Virus record (IMG/VR): IMGVR_UViG_3300006127_000002
Source of the DNA: an uncultured virus (IMG/VR IMGVR_UViG_3300006127_000002)
Lineage: Duplodnaviria; Heunggongvirae; Uroviricota; Caudoviricetes
Length of the DNA: 64,000 bases
Strand: one strand, 5' to 3'
Position 1 is the first letter of the stretch. Each line of letters begins with the position of its first letter. The position numbers were made by a program, and so were the translations under genes. Positions 1-9,248 of this stretch are shown here, in pieces. The notes below the pieces were generated by a model that searched no databases, was not told the origin of the DNA, and was given only the letters and a program-made list of their open reading frames with translations.

Positions 1-1
1 C

Positions 2-400
2 CCATTCTTTGCGTGGTGGTGCGGTGTAGAGTGGGCTTACATCAAGATTTGCTAAATCTTCAAGCGGGATGTCCGCAATCCAATAACAAGCTTTTGTATC
101 ACGCCAGTAATACGCAACAGGCTTTTGCTCAGGCTCACATAACTCACGTATATTTTTAGCGTGTTCATTCCACTCATCTAATGTAAATTCACAAAAGATG
201 CCAATATCTGTGATGATTGATTTGTAATTTCTAATGACATACTTTCGATCAATACAAATATCAATAAATTTATCAGGCTTGGCTAACTCTGCTTCAAGTA
301 TTGCTACCACAGGATCTAGTAAGTAACTTGCTTCGCAATTTAAAGCCCATTGTGTGCGATATAACTGATCCAACGCTTGCTGTAATAGTTTATGGTTCAT
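2..400 (-). CDS. Hypothetical phage protein, running off the window edge
   Basis: Hand translation MNHKLLQQALDQ...EPEQKPVAYYW...PLYTAPPRKEW; GGAGA RBS upstream of ATG at 400; EPVA/PLYTAP motifs are typical of phage accessory proteins. Confidence 0.7.
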   Translation of the reverse strand, partial: MNHKLLQQALDQLYRTQWALNCEASYLLDPVVAILEAELAKPDKFIDICIDRKYVIRNYKSIITDIGIFCEFTLDEWNEHAKNIRELCEPEQKPVAYYWRDTKACYWIADIPLEDLANLDVSPLYTAPPRKEW

Positions 401-599
401 TTGATTCTCCAAACAACATTTTTGCTATTTGTTCGCAGCAGTGCATATCAAGTTCAAGTGAGCCGAATGATGGCCTGAAATATTTACCATCCAAATCTTT
501 GAGAGAACGGATTGCGATTGCAATTGCTTCTATTTGACCTCGCAAAGTGTTTTCTGTCAGACAATCATTGATACTATTTTTTATAAATTCATCAATCAT
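390..599 (-). CDS. Hypothetical protein
   Basis: ORF track; ATGA overlap with the upstream gene. Confidence 0.6.
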   Translation of the reverse strand: MIDEFIKNSINDCLTENTLRGQIEAIAIAIRSLKDLDGKYFRPSFGSLELDMHCCEQIAKMLFGESNEP

Positions 600-1021
600 T
601 CTTTACTCCTTGCTCTGATTGCTGCGGCACAATTAGCCGCTACATGACCATCCCAGTACGATGCTTTATCACACAACTTCGCACAAGCCTCACGTTCTTT
701 CAATGTAGCTTGCTCCACCGCATCACGCATGATGCCAAGGTAATGTTCTGCACATTTTTTTGCTTCGTCTTGCCTGATTAAGTCTGCGAATTTTTCTGTG
801 TGTTCATCTTTCACTTCCTTCTTACTGTAGTCGCCCGCAAGTTCTATTAACTGAATCATATCCTCATGCCAAATCCTGCCAGCCCATTGTTTACCCTCTT
901 TGTAGAAAAGAACATCGAGCAAATGTGTCCCATCGGTTGAGTAGATAGGTATAGCTATGTACTTGCACTCGTTGTCGTGCCAAGCTAGCTTCGCTTGTTT
1001 GATTAGTTCTTGTTCAGTCAT
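596..1021 (-). CDS. Hypothetical phage protein (EREACAK...CAAAIRAR C-terminal motif)
   Basis: ORF track; motif common in small phage accessory proteins; GGAG RBS. Confidence 0.75.
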   Translation of the reverse strand: MTEQELIKQAKLAWHDNECKYIAIPIYSTDGTHLLDVLFYKEGKQWAGRIWHEDMIQLIELAGDYSKKEVKDEHTEKFADLIRQDEAKKCAEHYLGIMRDAVEQATLKEREACAKLCDKASYWDGHVAANCAAAIRARSKE

Positions 1022-1212
1022 TTATTACTCCCATACTTTTCGTTAAGTACAGCCCATTGCGTCTGGCTAATTGACCACCAAGGTCTGTGTCCGCCTATTT
1101 TGAATGCCGCATTCCATATTGCTTTTGCGTCCCTCTTGTCTACTCTGTCACGCACAAAGTCATTGTCTTCGTCATACCACCACAATTCAAATTCAGAATC
1201 TCGTTCGTTCAT
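1018..1212 (-). CDS. Hypothetical protein
   Basis: ORF track; ATGA coupling on both sides. Confidence 0.65.
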   Translation of the reverse strand: MNERDSEFELWWYDEDNDFVRDRVDKRDAKAIWNAAFKIGGHRPWWSISQTQWAVLNEKYGSNK

Positions 1213-1319
1213 TGTGTTTCCTTTATAAGATGTCCAAGTTCAACCAATCCAAACACTACCCACCAACCAAAATGTGCATCAAAGTGCGCTAATACAAACG
1301 CTGTTAGTAAGCCAATCAT
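1209..1319 (-). CDS. Small hydrophobic (membrane) protein, 36 aa
   Basis: Hand translation MIGLLTAFVLAHFDAHFGWWVVFGLVELGHLIKETQ; fills the gap exactly with ATGA overlaps at both ends. Confidence 0.65.
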   Translation of the reverse strand: MIGLLTAFVLAHFDAHFGWWVVFGLVELGHLIKETQ

Positions 1320-2197
1320 TCCACTACTCCTGATACTATGAATGTTGTATCGTCATGGCGATACCCGTTACCTTCAACAAACGTACCATCTGCTACTAAC
1401 TTCAGTATGCCTAACTTACGTCTAACAATCTCTGGTAAAGCATCGGCATCCCATATAGACAGCACACCGTCTTTCTTAACTAGATACTTAGAGTCCTTAA
1501 TGACAATGTTATAGGAAGAGTTCTCAGTTCCGTCAGCAGCAATTACTAGCTTTACCATCTTGTTTAGCGTTGCTTCCTTTTCGGGAATAACTTTCATCTC
1601 TTCCCTAGTTCGATCATCCAACGTCAACATAAACTCATCCCATTTAGTCCTAATGAATTTCTGTATGTGTGGGGCGTTTTCCCATGCGTAACGTACTTCT
1701 CTTCCCTCCGCATTACGTATAGCAACAAGGCCGTTCAAACCTATTTCCATACGCTTCTCAAAGAATTCAGTTTCGTTAAGTGGCGCAAAGTTCTTTTCCA
1801 CATTTTTAATAGCTGCATCTAGCTTAGTAGTCTTAAGAGAATCTCCTCGTTGCAACTTGTCTTTTATGCGCCCATTGGTTACACAAAAAGTATTCCCGCC
1901 ATTGCGCCCATAGTTGCGCTGGATCCAGAACCTACCTAACTTCTCACGGTTCAAGAACACTTCAAAACCAGTAGCGTATATACAATTATTTGAGTCTGAT
2001 ACATTTACACGAAACGCCTCGAATTTCCACTCTGGGTGTTTAAGTGCTAGCTTCTCAACCATAGGGTGTATGTCGATATGCACACCACCGAATGTATACG
2101 CAGACACATCAGCAGACCTATCTTTTGCATACTCTTGTAATACTTTCTCGCCCGATACGTTGGGCAAGTTAATAGGTACTATGTTTGTTGAAGTCAT
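1316..2197 (-). CDS. Hypothetical protein, 293 aa
   Basis: Long ORF with AGGAG RBS, in operon context. Confidence 0.8.
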   Translation of the reverse strand: MTSTNIVPINLPNVSGEKVLQEYAKDRSADVSAYTFGGVHIDIHPMVEKLALKHPEWKFEAFRVNVSDSNNCIYATGFEVFLNREKLGRFWIQRNYGRNGGNTFCVTNGRIKDKLQRGDSLKTTKLDAAIKNVEKNFAPLNETEFFEKRMEIGLNGLVAIRNAEGREVRYAWENAPHIQKFIRTKWDEFMLTLDDRTREEMKVIPEKEATLNKMVKLVIAADGTENSSYNIVIKDSKYLVKKDGVLSIWDADALPEIVRRKLGILKLVADGTFVEGNGYRHDDTTFIVSGVVE

Positions 2198-2207
2198 CTA
2201 CTTCTCC

Positions 2208-3059
2208 TTACCAGTCAAACTTACCAAGGATTTCATCGATCTTAGTTTTCATGTCATGGCGCACCAAGGAATCTTCTTTAATCACCTCAATGTCTGCACC
2301 TAACATAGTTATTTCTAAGGCTCTACGTGCTTCTTCCAACTTAGGGTCTTTAGTTACATTAAGGTTAGTGAGCAAACTGCACATCTGCGTGGCGTTAGTG
2401 ACAAACGTATCGTGCCACCTCTTTTTCTCCTCCCCCTCCGCTGATGATAGTTTCTCGCTCATCCCCCGCAAAAGATTATGCAAGTCATCCCAAGGCTTAC
2501 GCATCGCATCCGCTAACCGCTTGCTGAAGTCCGACTCATACTGCATCTTCATTTCTTCTAAGTCCTGCTGTGGTACATCTAAGCGAAAGTCACCAGCTTC
2601 GGGTAACGGGCTAAACACCAACCGGAACCCAAACTTATTTTGTAATTCATCAACCGATGGGTAGTCCTCCTCATTGAACAGATCGCCCATGTAAGTCTTA
2701 GCTGTTTCTTTTAGTCCCTCATAGTTGTCGTAGAGCCGTTGCGTTAACGTGTTGAAGTACGCTTGCTTAACATTCATCTGCTGCTTGTACTCCATGAACA
2801 ACGACGTGGGTAACATACGCCCACCTCGATCAGCCCAAGGCAATGTAACTTTGTTATGGTAAGCCCGACATGCTGCTGCAAAGTCACTAATCTCTTTGCG
2901 TAATGACGTACCCGCTAACAGATTCTTACGAAACGAACCCGAATCACTCGATGCCTTGTTATCACTAATCACCGCTTTGGTTGCATCCTTGTCTAACTTT
3001 GCTGCTGTCCATACGCTGATGTTCAACTCTACTAGCATTGCGCTTGATGAAATACTCAT
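2208..3059 (-). CDS. Conserved helical phage protein (DUF3150-like), putative partner of the AAA/vWA module
   Basis: 283 aa; LVELNISVW...KNLL...TLPW...RMLP...DYPSVDELQNKF pattern; sits near the MoxR AAA and vWA genes. Family name is from memory. Confidence 0.6.
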   Translation of the reverse strand: MSISSSAMLVELNISVWTAAKLDKDATKAVISDNKASSDSGSFRKNLLAGTSLRKEISDFAAACRAYHNKVTLPWADRGGRMLPTSLFMEYKQQMNVKQAYFNTLTQRLYDNYEGLKETAKTYMGDLFNEEDYPSVDELQNKFGFRLVFSPLPEAGDFRLDVPQQDLEEMKMQYESDFSKRLADAMRKPWDDLHNLLRGMSEKLSSAEGEEKKRWHDTFVTNATQMCSLLTNLNVTKDPKLEEARRALEITMLGADIEVIKEDSLVRHDMKTKIDEILGKFDW

Positions 3060-3076
3060 GGTAAAACTCCCTGTGG

Positions 3077-3271
3077 TTAAAATAAAACTACGATATTTCT
3101 ACGATATTTTTGCAACTGCTTTAGTACTGCTAACTCATCTATTGCCTCTCTGGAATACCAAGGAAATGAATACTCCACATACCCGCCGCTAAATAATAAA
3201 TGGGCGTCAATGTTATACATCCCGTCAAGTGCCCCCCTTGTAATTCCTAGTATGCGTACCGTTCTCATCAT
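3077..3271 (-). CDS. Hypothetical protein
   Basis: ORF track; overlaps the upstream stop. Confidence 0.5.
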   Translation of the reverse strand: MMRTVRILGITRGALDGMYNIDAHLLFSGGYVEYSFPWYSREAIDELAVLKQLQKYRRNIVVLF

Positions 3272-3522
3272 TCATCCTTAGGCTTACCCGCTAACTTAGC
3301 CATGCGATACAACTCATCCGGTATTAACTTAACTGAAAGATGTGCCATATCAGAGTTATCTTGTGGGTATGCGTGGAGCGTTTCGTGTGTGTTACCTCCA
3401 TCGTCTTTGTTGTACTTAGTCTTGTATAACTCAGCAGTACTAAGTATCTCTGCCACCGCACAAGCATCCTTGAAGTCCATTATGTATTCTCTATACCCAA
3501 TACTTACGATTGCCTTAGCCAT
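3268..3522 (-). CDS. Hypothetical protein (MAKAIVSIG...)
   Basis: ATG at 3522 preceded by GGAGG; shorter than the ORF-track call. Confidence 0.7.
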   Translation of the reverse strand: MAKAIVSIGYREYIMDFKDACAVAEILSTAELYKTKYNKDDGGNTHETLHAYPQDNSDMAHLSVKLIPDELYRMAKLAGKPKDE

Positions 3523-3676
3523 AACGTGCCTCCAGTTTCTCAATCATTAACTCAACGGCCTTACGCCACCCTTCAGTAAACGCAAAGTACGCATCGTGCT
3601 TATCTTTCAAAGTCAAACCATACTCATGCCAGAATTCTTGGAATTGCACATCCCATATATCTAGTTCCTTATCCAT
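3515..3676 (-). CDS. Hypothetical protein, 53 aa
   Basis: Hand translation MDKELDIWDVQFQEFWHEYG...LEARYG; fills the gap; AAGGA RBS. Confidence 0.6.
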   Translation of the reverse strand: MDKELDIWDVQFQEFWHEYGLTLKDKHDAYFAFTEGWRKAVELMIEKLEARYG

Positions 3677-3677
3677 G

Positions 3678-4871
3678 TCAGTCCTTTACGTGAATAGTTT
3701 TGCCAATCGGTGCAACTACGTTATTACCACCAACGATTGCCCATAACACAGGCACACCCTGCCAATCATCCTCAGTACCCCAGTCATTGATATAACCATC
3801 TGTTAGCACAACCACACACTCAGGCTTTATTGCTTGCGCCTTGAGATATTCCGCCATACAACGAGGGTCAGTACCACCACCGCCACGCATCTTGCCCGCT
3901 TCGATACTGGTTACTGCGTTACCCTCATACACTTCATGCTTCTCAACTGATGAATCCCAATCGATCATGTCGATCTTCTCAGGGCTAACCTCGGATGCAA
4001 TACCCTTAGTCTCTGCCGCTGCCGCTGCCAACTCTGACCCGCCCATGCTTCCAGACGTATCTCTGCCGATAGCAATATGTCCAACCTTTTCCCCAATCAT
4101 CGTAGGCATATATACGTCGCCTGATAAAAATCGTCTGTTCACTCGTCGCCATGATGAAGCATCCTTGTTATTACATACAGCCTTGACAAACTCCCGTAAC
4201 TGCTCACGCCAATCAACTTGCGGTGTAAGCATCTCCTCAACTTCGTGGTTAATGCCACCGTTACCCTTACCAATACGCTTGTTAGCAATAAGCCCAGAGC
4301 GCAGGGCATTGTCCAATTCACGCTCTAACTCACGCTTCTCATCCTCGGATAACTCGGCTGCACCCTCCCAGTCATGCTCATCAAAACCTTCACCACCTTC
4401 ACCGCCATCACCACCTTCGCCTTGCTCTTTCTTTAGTATGTCGAACACTTGCTTAGCGTTCATACCTCGGAACCGTTCATCAACCAAGCCATACACCTTG
4501 CCATCCTTCATTGGCATAGCAATTACTTTCTCGTGCGGGTCTAAGTCTTTGAGTTGCAAGTTAATAACATAGTCACATGCAGCGTTGGCTAAGAGGCGGT
4601 TCTCATCGCTAAGTTTCTTCCACGTAGTCAAGTGCCTATAAGCCTTGTGCATATTCTCATGCAGTACAACGAACGCTAACTCTTTGTCATCGAGGCCATC
4701 GATAAACTTGCGCCCGTACCACTCGTCCCTACCATTAGTCGCTGCGCTAGGAAAGTTATCATCCACACGAGTCTTGCCGACCATCATAATGCCCGACCAC
4801 AATGCAAACTCAGGGTTACGCATCAACGTGATCTTGATCTTTTTCAATCTGCGTTCTTGCTTGTCGTTCAT
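3678..4871 (-). CDS. Putative metallopeptidase (HExxH) + vWA domain protein (DUF2201-like)
   Basis: HENMH zinc motif followed by NAACDYVIN; acidic Gly linker; MIDAS motif DTSGSM, GGGGTD and LTDGY. Likely start ATG 4871 with GAGGAG. Confidence 0.88.
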   Translation of the reverse strand: MNDKQERRLKKIKITLMRNPEFALWSGIMMVGKTRVDDNFPSAATNGRDEWYGRKFIDGLDDKELAFVVLHENMHKAYRHLTTWKKLSDENRLLANAACDYVINLQLKDLDPHEKVIAMPMKDGKVYGLVDERFRGMNAKQVFDILKKEQGEGGDGGEGGEGFDEHDWEGAAELSEDEKRELERELDNALRSGLIANKRIGKGNGGINHEVEEMLTPQVDWREQLREFVKAVCNNKDASSWRRVNRRFLSGDVYMPTMIGEKVGHIAIGRDTSGSMGGSELAAAAAETKGIASEVSPEKIDMIDWDSSVEKHEVYEGNAVTSIEAGKMRGGGGTDPRCMAEYLKAQAIKPECVVVLTDGYINDWGTEDDWQGVPVLWAIVGGNNVVAPIGKTIHVKD

Positions 4872-4872
4872 A

Positions 4873-5061
4873 TCAAAACTCCTCGAAAGTAATACTTGTT
4901 TCACTTACTTTGACGAACTTACCTTTACCTTCTAGTGATTTCTCAATAGTTAGAAACGTATGATCTCTGAAGTCTATGAATCTAACAATTGTTATTCTCC
5001 ATAGGTACGTCATCACTAGCGCCCATATCAGTAGAAACCACTCCGCTATTGTCATGTCCAT
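4873..5061 (-). CDS. Small protein with N-terminal transmembrane segment
   Basis: AEWFLLIWALVMTYLW hydrophobic stretch. Confidence 0.55.
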   Translation of the reverse strand: MDMTIAEWFLLIWALVMTYLWRITIVRFIDFRDHTFLTIEKSLEGKGKFVKVSETSITFEEF

Positions 5062-5230
5062 TATGTCTTTCCGTAAATTGTTGGTGCTGCCTGAATGCGT
5101 CTAACTCGTCCATAGCAGAGTAGAAGTTAGCCTTAGCAACAAGGGCTTTCCTATTCCCTGCATCTTTAACCTCCCACCACTCCACTATGAACAACGCCCC
5201 ATACTTGCGTATCCTTAAGTCATCGATCAT
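4982..5230 (-). CDS. Hypothetical protein
   Basis: ORF track; ATGA overlap with the AAA gene. Confidence 0.5.
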   Translation of the reverse strand: MIDDLRIRKYGALFIVEWWEVKDAGNRKALVAKANFYSAMDELDAFRQHQQFTERHNGHDNSGVVSTDMGASDDVPMENNNC

Positions 5231-6294
5231 AGTAAGTCTTGGTTCTTAGCAACCCAGTCGCTGAACTTCTTGCTACTAAACGCCACTTGCTGCTTGCTTG
5301 AAGTCTTAGCGATATTGATAGCAAAACATGCTTGCCACTCTGGTTCGAACCGTTCGAGATACTGCATAAACTTATCCATCGATTCTTTAGTCACCTTAGC
5401 GATTGCACCGAATACCATAATTGCACATGCACCGGCTGACGTAGGGATAAGCGCATTGTTAGGGTCACTCGTAATTGACTCCCACGTAGGTAACTGATCT
5501 GAATACTCGATGTACGCTTGCATATCTCTGGCTGCGGCCTCGCCAACTGCGCCTGTAAGAGCATTGATGATAGTATCGGCATCTAACTTGCCACGCTTCT
5601 TAACAATGTTAGATGCAGTCTCCAACGAGCGAGGCGATACATACGCTTGCTGTACTTTCTTAGGGTTAAAGATATAAGGGTTATCCCCTGATGCTGCGTC
5701 CATGTAACTCGCCATTGCGTGAGGGAATTGTTTAACCCATGCACACACTTCGGGTGCTACCTCATGCTCGATAGCCCAACCGATCCACTCATCTGCGCTA
5801 GGCTTGCGTACTGTTACTGGTACAACACGATTAAGAGTGTGCGCTTTCATGTTGTCACCCACACCGTCACCGGACATATTGCCCGTCATAAAAACAATGT
5901 TATCTGGGCTGCAAGTGATGTCACCCAAGCGGGGGTTAGCCTTCTCCAGTAGCGGATGCAACATATTAACTACAGGCTGTGCGCCCTTGGTAAACTCGTC
6001 AAGCATAATAATGACTGGCTTGCCCGTGTGCATCTTGAATCTGCGGTTCGGGTAGTATGCGGTTGTCTTGCTCTCATGGTCAATCACAGGCATAGCAATG
6101 TCACCCAAGTCCATATTAGGTACATCGATATACGCAATCTCATGGTCAGGAAACATTGCACCTAACTGCTTAAGTAGAGATGATTTGCCAATGCCCGGCT
6201 CGCCTCGTAATAGATAGCGATTCTCAGGGGTTGCTGCGATTAACTGTGCTGCTTGTTGCAGGGTTACGGTCTTACCAAAGTCGATATTAGCCAT
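5227..6294 (-). CDS. MoxR-like AAA+ ATPase
   Basis: Walker A GEPGIGKS, Walker B IIMLDE, sensor-1 TGN, Arg finger LNR, sensor-2 SPRS; near the vWA gene. Confidence 0.9.
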   Translation of the reverse strand: MANIDFGKTVTLQQAAQLIAATPENRYLLRGEPGIGKSSLLKQLGAMFPDHEIAYIDVPNMDLGDIAMPVIDHESKTTAYYPNRRFKMHTGKPVIIMLDEFTKGAQPVVNMLHPLLEKANPRLGDITCSPDNIVFMTGNMSGDGVGDNMKAHTLNRVVPVTVRKPSADEWIGWAIEHEVAPEVCAWVKQFPHAMASYMDAASGDNPYIFNPKKVQQAYVSPRSLETASNIVKKRGKLDADTIINALTGAVGEAAARDMQAYIEYSDQLPTWESITSDPNNALIPTSAGACAIMVFGAIAKVTKESMDKFMQYLERFEPEWQACFAINIAKTSSKQQVAFSSKKFSDWVAKNQDLL

Positions 6295-6315
6295 GATGTT
6301 TTCCTTAGATTAGAT

Positions 6316-6329
6316 ATAACAATTGTTAT
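6316..6329. promoter_or_regulatory. 14-bp palindrome ATAACAATTGTTAT (candidate operator)
   Basis: Perfect palindrome between the promoter and RBS of the AAA gene; near-identical copies occur elsewhere. Confidence 0.65.
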
Positions 6330-6389
6330 TTTTACTGCGTTTACTTTGTTTACTGCATGCACTACAAACAAACTGCGCCTTACCTGATA

Positions 6390-6418
6390 AGTATAACATA
6401 AAAACTATACAATGTCAA
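6390..6418 (-). promoter_or_regulatory. Sigma70-type promoter TTGACA-N17-TATACT with extended -10 TG
   Basis: Minus strand reads TTGACAttgtatagtttttatgtTATACT; spacer is nearly identical to that of the 8413-8441 promoter. Confidence 0.85.
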
Positions 6419-6431
6419 GTATATAGGCCAA

Positions 6432-7301
6432 CTAAAATAGATACGAATACTTATTCTTGCGTACCATACCATCGGGTAACTCTACCTTCTTAATCACTTC
6501 ATCTCTATGCTTAGCTAAGATAAACGAGTCCAACATATCAGCAATATCTTTACTCCGAATTCTCCACATACCAGTAAAGGTATACGTAAAGACAAACGCC
6601 TTGTACTGCTCCCCCTCGTTGAACCACTTAACCATTAAGTTTATGCACTCAGGGCTAGTGACTGATACTCTAGGTAAATTAAGTCTTTTATAGGTAGTCC
6701 CATCTTCTTCGTACTTATAATCCACTTCACCGAATAACTCTACCTTCTCCTCATAAGTTACTTCTCCGTTCTCCCGCAGCTTAGCCATGCCGATAACGTA
6801 GTCACGTATCTCTGCGTATCTCTGTTTGACTTGCTTATACTCCTTGCGCCTAATGTGATACGTATAAGCCTTGGGTATCTCTGCCGCCTCCCAGTAACCA
6901 GACTCATTGCGCCTAAGTTTGAACGGTTCTTTTGGATCTAACCTAAACTCCTTGTCTCTGATGCACAGCACGATGCGCCCATCGAACACCCTCGCACCCA
7001 CACCACGTAACACCTCGCCTATAAATGCACACGCACCCGTGCCTACCCAACCTTGGTACACAGAGACCGTATTGTCTGGATGGAAAATAACCATTGGCCT
7101 AGTAACTAACAAGCACCTGATGTCACCGTTCTCTAGCTTATCTATCTTGTAGCTATCTACACTCCTACGATGTCCAAGCGGACGCACATCGCCTCTACCT
7201 CTGATAGGCACAGTAGTCTCGTACTGCTCAAGGGCTTGCTCATAACTATTGATAAACCTAATGCCGCTATTCCTAGTGGCGTAACCGTAACCGAATCCCA
7301 T
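6432..7301 (-). CDS. Hypothetical protein, 289 aa
   Basis: Long ORF with AGGAG RBS. Confidence 0.8.
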   Translation of the reverse strand: MGFGYGYATRNSGIRFINSYEQALEQYETTVPIRGRGDVRPLGHRRSVDSYKIDKLENGDIRCLLVTRPMVIFHPDNTVSVYQGWVGTGACAFIGEVLRGVGARVFDGRIVLCIRDKEFRLDPKEPFKLRRNESGYWEAAEIPKAYTYHIRRKEYKQVKQRYAEIRDYVIGMAKLRENGEVTYEEKVELFGEVDYKYEEDGTTYKRLNLPRVSVTSPECINLMVKWFNEGEQYKAFVFTYTFTGMWRIRSKDIADMLDSFILAKHRDEVIKKVELPDGMVRKNKYSYLF

Positions 7302-7373
7302 GTCAATCTCCTATGATTTCAAGTACTGCCCAGATACCACATAACAAACACACAAATAGAATCGCTGCGTCAA

Positions 7374-7952
7374 TCATACCCATAACCCCCTGTAGTATTT
7401 ACCAAATAACATTAGCCCTCTGCTAATACGCTCATTCATTGCATTTAACCCATCCCAGTCGCAATCCGCTTGGGCATCTGCTTTGTAGTACTCGTTCTCC
7501 CACTCGTCGCTTACGATATGCTCATGTGCAAAGATCATCTCATCTAGCACCCACTCCCACCGCTTGAAGTGGTTATCATCTACGTCATAACTTTGTTCTG
7601 GTTTGGGTGCATTAGTTGAGCGTAATTCCTCTGGCACATCCTCGTCCTGCACATAAGGTGCGCCATTTGTCGTTGCTCTCAACTGCTTTAGTAAGGGTAA
7701 GATAATTAAAGATAGCGTATGGTCTGCGCTCCATGTATCCCACTCATCTATATGCACCTTGATTGTGCGCTTGCGCTTATCGGCTATCCACAATAACGCT
7801 TTCTGCAACCATGAATCATTCTTCTCCCCTGCTAACCAATCGCCTAGCATCATAACTTTGTCATCGTTCTTGTCTTTCCAGAACAGCAGGTTTTCAGCTA
7901 ACTGATAGCATCCGTACCAACTTTTGTAATTGCCAATGTTAACTTTCATCAC
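7374..7952 (-). CDS. Conserved hypothetical phage protein
   Basis: KVHIDEWDTWSADHTL...RWEWVLDEMIFA...FGKYYRGLW pattern; AAGGAG RBS. Confidence 0.75.
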   Translation of the reverse strand: MMKVNIGNYKSWYGCYQLAENLLFWKDKNDDKVMMLGDWLAGEKNDSWLQKALLWIADKRKRTIKVHIDEWDTWSADHTLSLIILPLLKQLRATTNGAPYVQDEDVPEELRSTNAPKPEQSYDVDDNHFKRWEWVLDEMIFAHEHIVSDEWENEYYKADAQADCDWDGLNAMNERISRGLMLFGKYYRGLWV

Positions 7953-8082
7953 TTACTCCTTGGAATTGATTCCACAATTCTTTATCTATCTTTATCCAGA
8001 GTGAATCTTCAAACTCCTCCATCACTTCGCAACCCGCCAGTATGTCGAACGCCAGTTCAATTCTCTCAAAGTCGTTTGTCAT
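7939..8082 (-). CDS. Small acidic hypothetical protein, 47 aa
   Basis: Hand translation MTNDFERIELAFDILAGCEVMEEFEDSLWIK...; fills the gap. Confidence 0.5.
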   Translation of the reverse strand: MTNDFERIELAFDILAGCEVMEEFEDSLWIKIDKELWNQFQGVSDES

Positions 8083-8105
8083 ATTGTTACTCTCAGTCCA
8101 GTCCA

Positions 8106-8321
8106 TCACATTGTCCTCTTAGGGTTAAGTTGTTTGAGCATACTCATGTCGCTGATGTGCATATAGTTGCTTTTGTTAATAGGTGCTATGGTGTGTTTAA
8201 CTTGTTTAGCTTGCAAGTCACCGCATGGTAAGCATGTTGTGTAGCCCAGACGATGCCGCCCTAAAGGTACATAACCTCCATAACATTTGTTACATAAGTA
8301 CTTGATGTCCTCGTTGTGCAT
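8106..8321 (-). CDS. Small zinc-finger protein (CxxC...CxxC)
   Basis: CNKC and CLPC motifs; ATG 8321 preceded by GGGAG. Confidence 0.75.
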   Translation of the reverse strand: MHNEDIKYLCNKCYGGYVPLGRHRLGYTTCLPCGDLQAKQVKHTIAPINKSNYMHISDMSMLKQLNPKRTM

Positions 8322-8338
8322 GTCGTTCTCCCTGAAAA

Positions 8339-8352
8339 ATAACATTTGTTAT
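8339..8352. promoter_or_regulatory. Palindrome ATAACATTTGTTAT (candidate operator)
   Basis: Lies between the 8413-8441 promoter and the RBS of the zinc-finger gene, with the same geometry as the 6316 copy. Confidence 0.65.
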
Positions 8353-8412
8353 TTGTCGCTGCATTTGCTGTGCTTACTGGCGTAATGTTATATAACTTTG
8401 CCCTACCCTTCT

Positions 8413-8441
8413 ATTATATCATAAAAACTGTACAATGTCAA
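8413..8441 (-). promoter_or_regulatory. Perfect-consensus sigma70 promoter TTGACA-N17-TATAAT
   Basis: Minus strand reads TTGACAttgtacagtttttatgaTATAAT. Confidence 0.9.
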
Positions 8442-8462
8442 GTAAATAGCCTTGTTGATGGT

Positions 8463-8780
8463 TCACTTATCCATTGGCTTAGCATTGTTAAGTTTCCTAT
8501 AGAGTTGCTTGAAGTGGGCTTTGAGTACTTCTCGTTTCTTAGCAGCACGCAGAGCATTTGGGCATTGGCTATATGGCGGCTTGTACTTGAATTGCTTTTG
8601 CATCTCCTTCAGTGCATTTGACCAGAACACGTTGAAATATGTTGGCGTAATGTTATGCAGTTTTAACTCCTCGTGAATTGCATTGCGTACCTTAGTGTAG
8701 TTTTCGAAGTCTGTTCCTCTAACAAGGTTATATAGGTCGAGGTAGTCAAGGTTGAGCAGTTTGAGGTATTTTGAGCGCAT
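8463..8780 (-). CDS. Basic hypothetical protein
   Basis: ORF track; AGGA RBS; extended -10 (TGcTATACT) at 8806-8814. Confidence 0.65.
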   Translation of the reverse strand: MRSKYLKLLNLDYLDLYNLVRGTDFENYTKVRNAIHEELKLHNITPTYFNVFWSNALKEMQKQFKYKPPYSQCPNALRAAKKREVLKAHFKQLYRKLNNAKPMDK

Positions 8781-9056
8781 GATTAGTCCTAATGAATAAA
8801 ATAATAGTATAGCATAAAATAATAGCTAAATGTAATGTTCAGGAATGAGGTGCTTTGTTATGTTAAAAGTTATGGAAATCGGAAAACTACGTAACAATCC
8901 TAAACCCGCATGAATAGTAGGTTTGCGAGATGTGTTAACTATTATAAATTATTGTTATTTAAAAATATATATATGAAGCAAAGTGAAAGTACTTTTGCTT
9001 ACACAACATTGTTATCTCTTTTGATCTGAAAATCCGGAACATATAGGTTTTTTCAC

Positions 9057-9145
9057 ATAACATTGTAACATTAGGCTAAGTCCTTGATTTTATTACATTG
9101 TTATCATAACATTGTACTTTACACTAAATAACATCGTAACATTAG
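9057..9145. repeat. 18-bp direct repeat ATAACATYGTAACATTAG (9057-9074, 9128-9145) flanking an IHF-consensus site (9077-9089)
   Basis: One mismatch between copies; TAAGTCCTTGATT matches the reverse complement of WATCAANNNNTTR. Confidence 0.7.
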
Positions 9146-9248
9146 CAGGGTTTACCCGTATATTGTTAACAAACTTCTCGCTTGCGCTTTCGCTTTCGCT
9201 CTTGGAAACTATCATAATAAGAATGAGAACGATTCTCAATTAGTAGAC

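Noticed and set aside
3841..4572. 243-aa plus-strand ORF and similar long antisense ORFs (2185-2664, 46598-47065, 48629-49153)
   Set aside because: Shadow frames opposite well-supported genes; S/P-rich, with no RBS or motifs.
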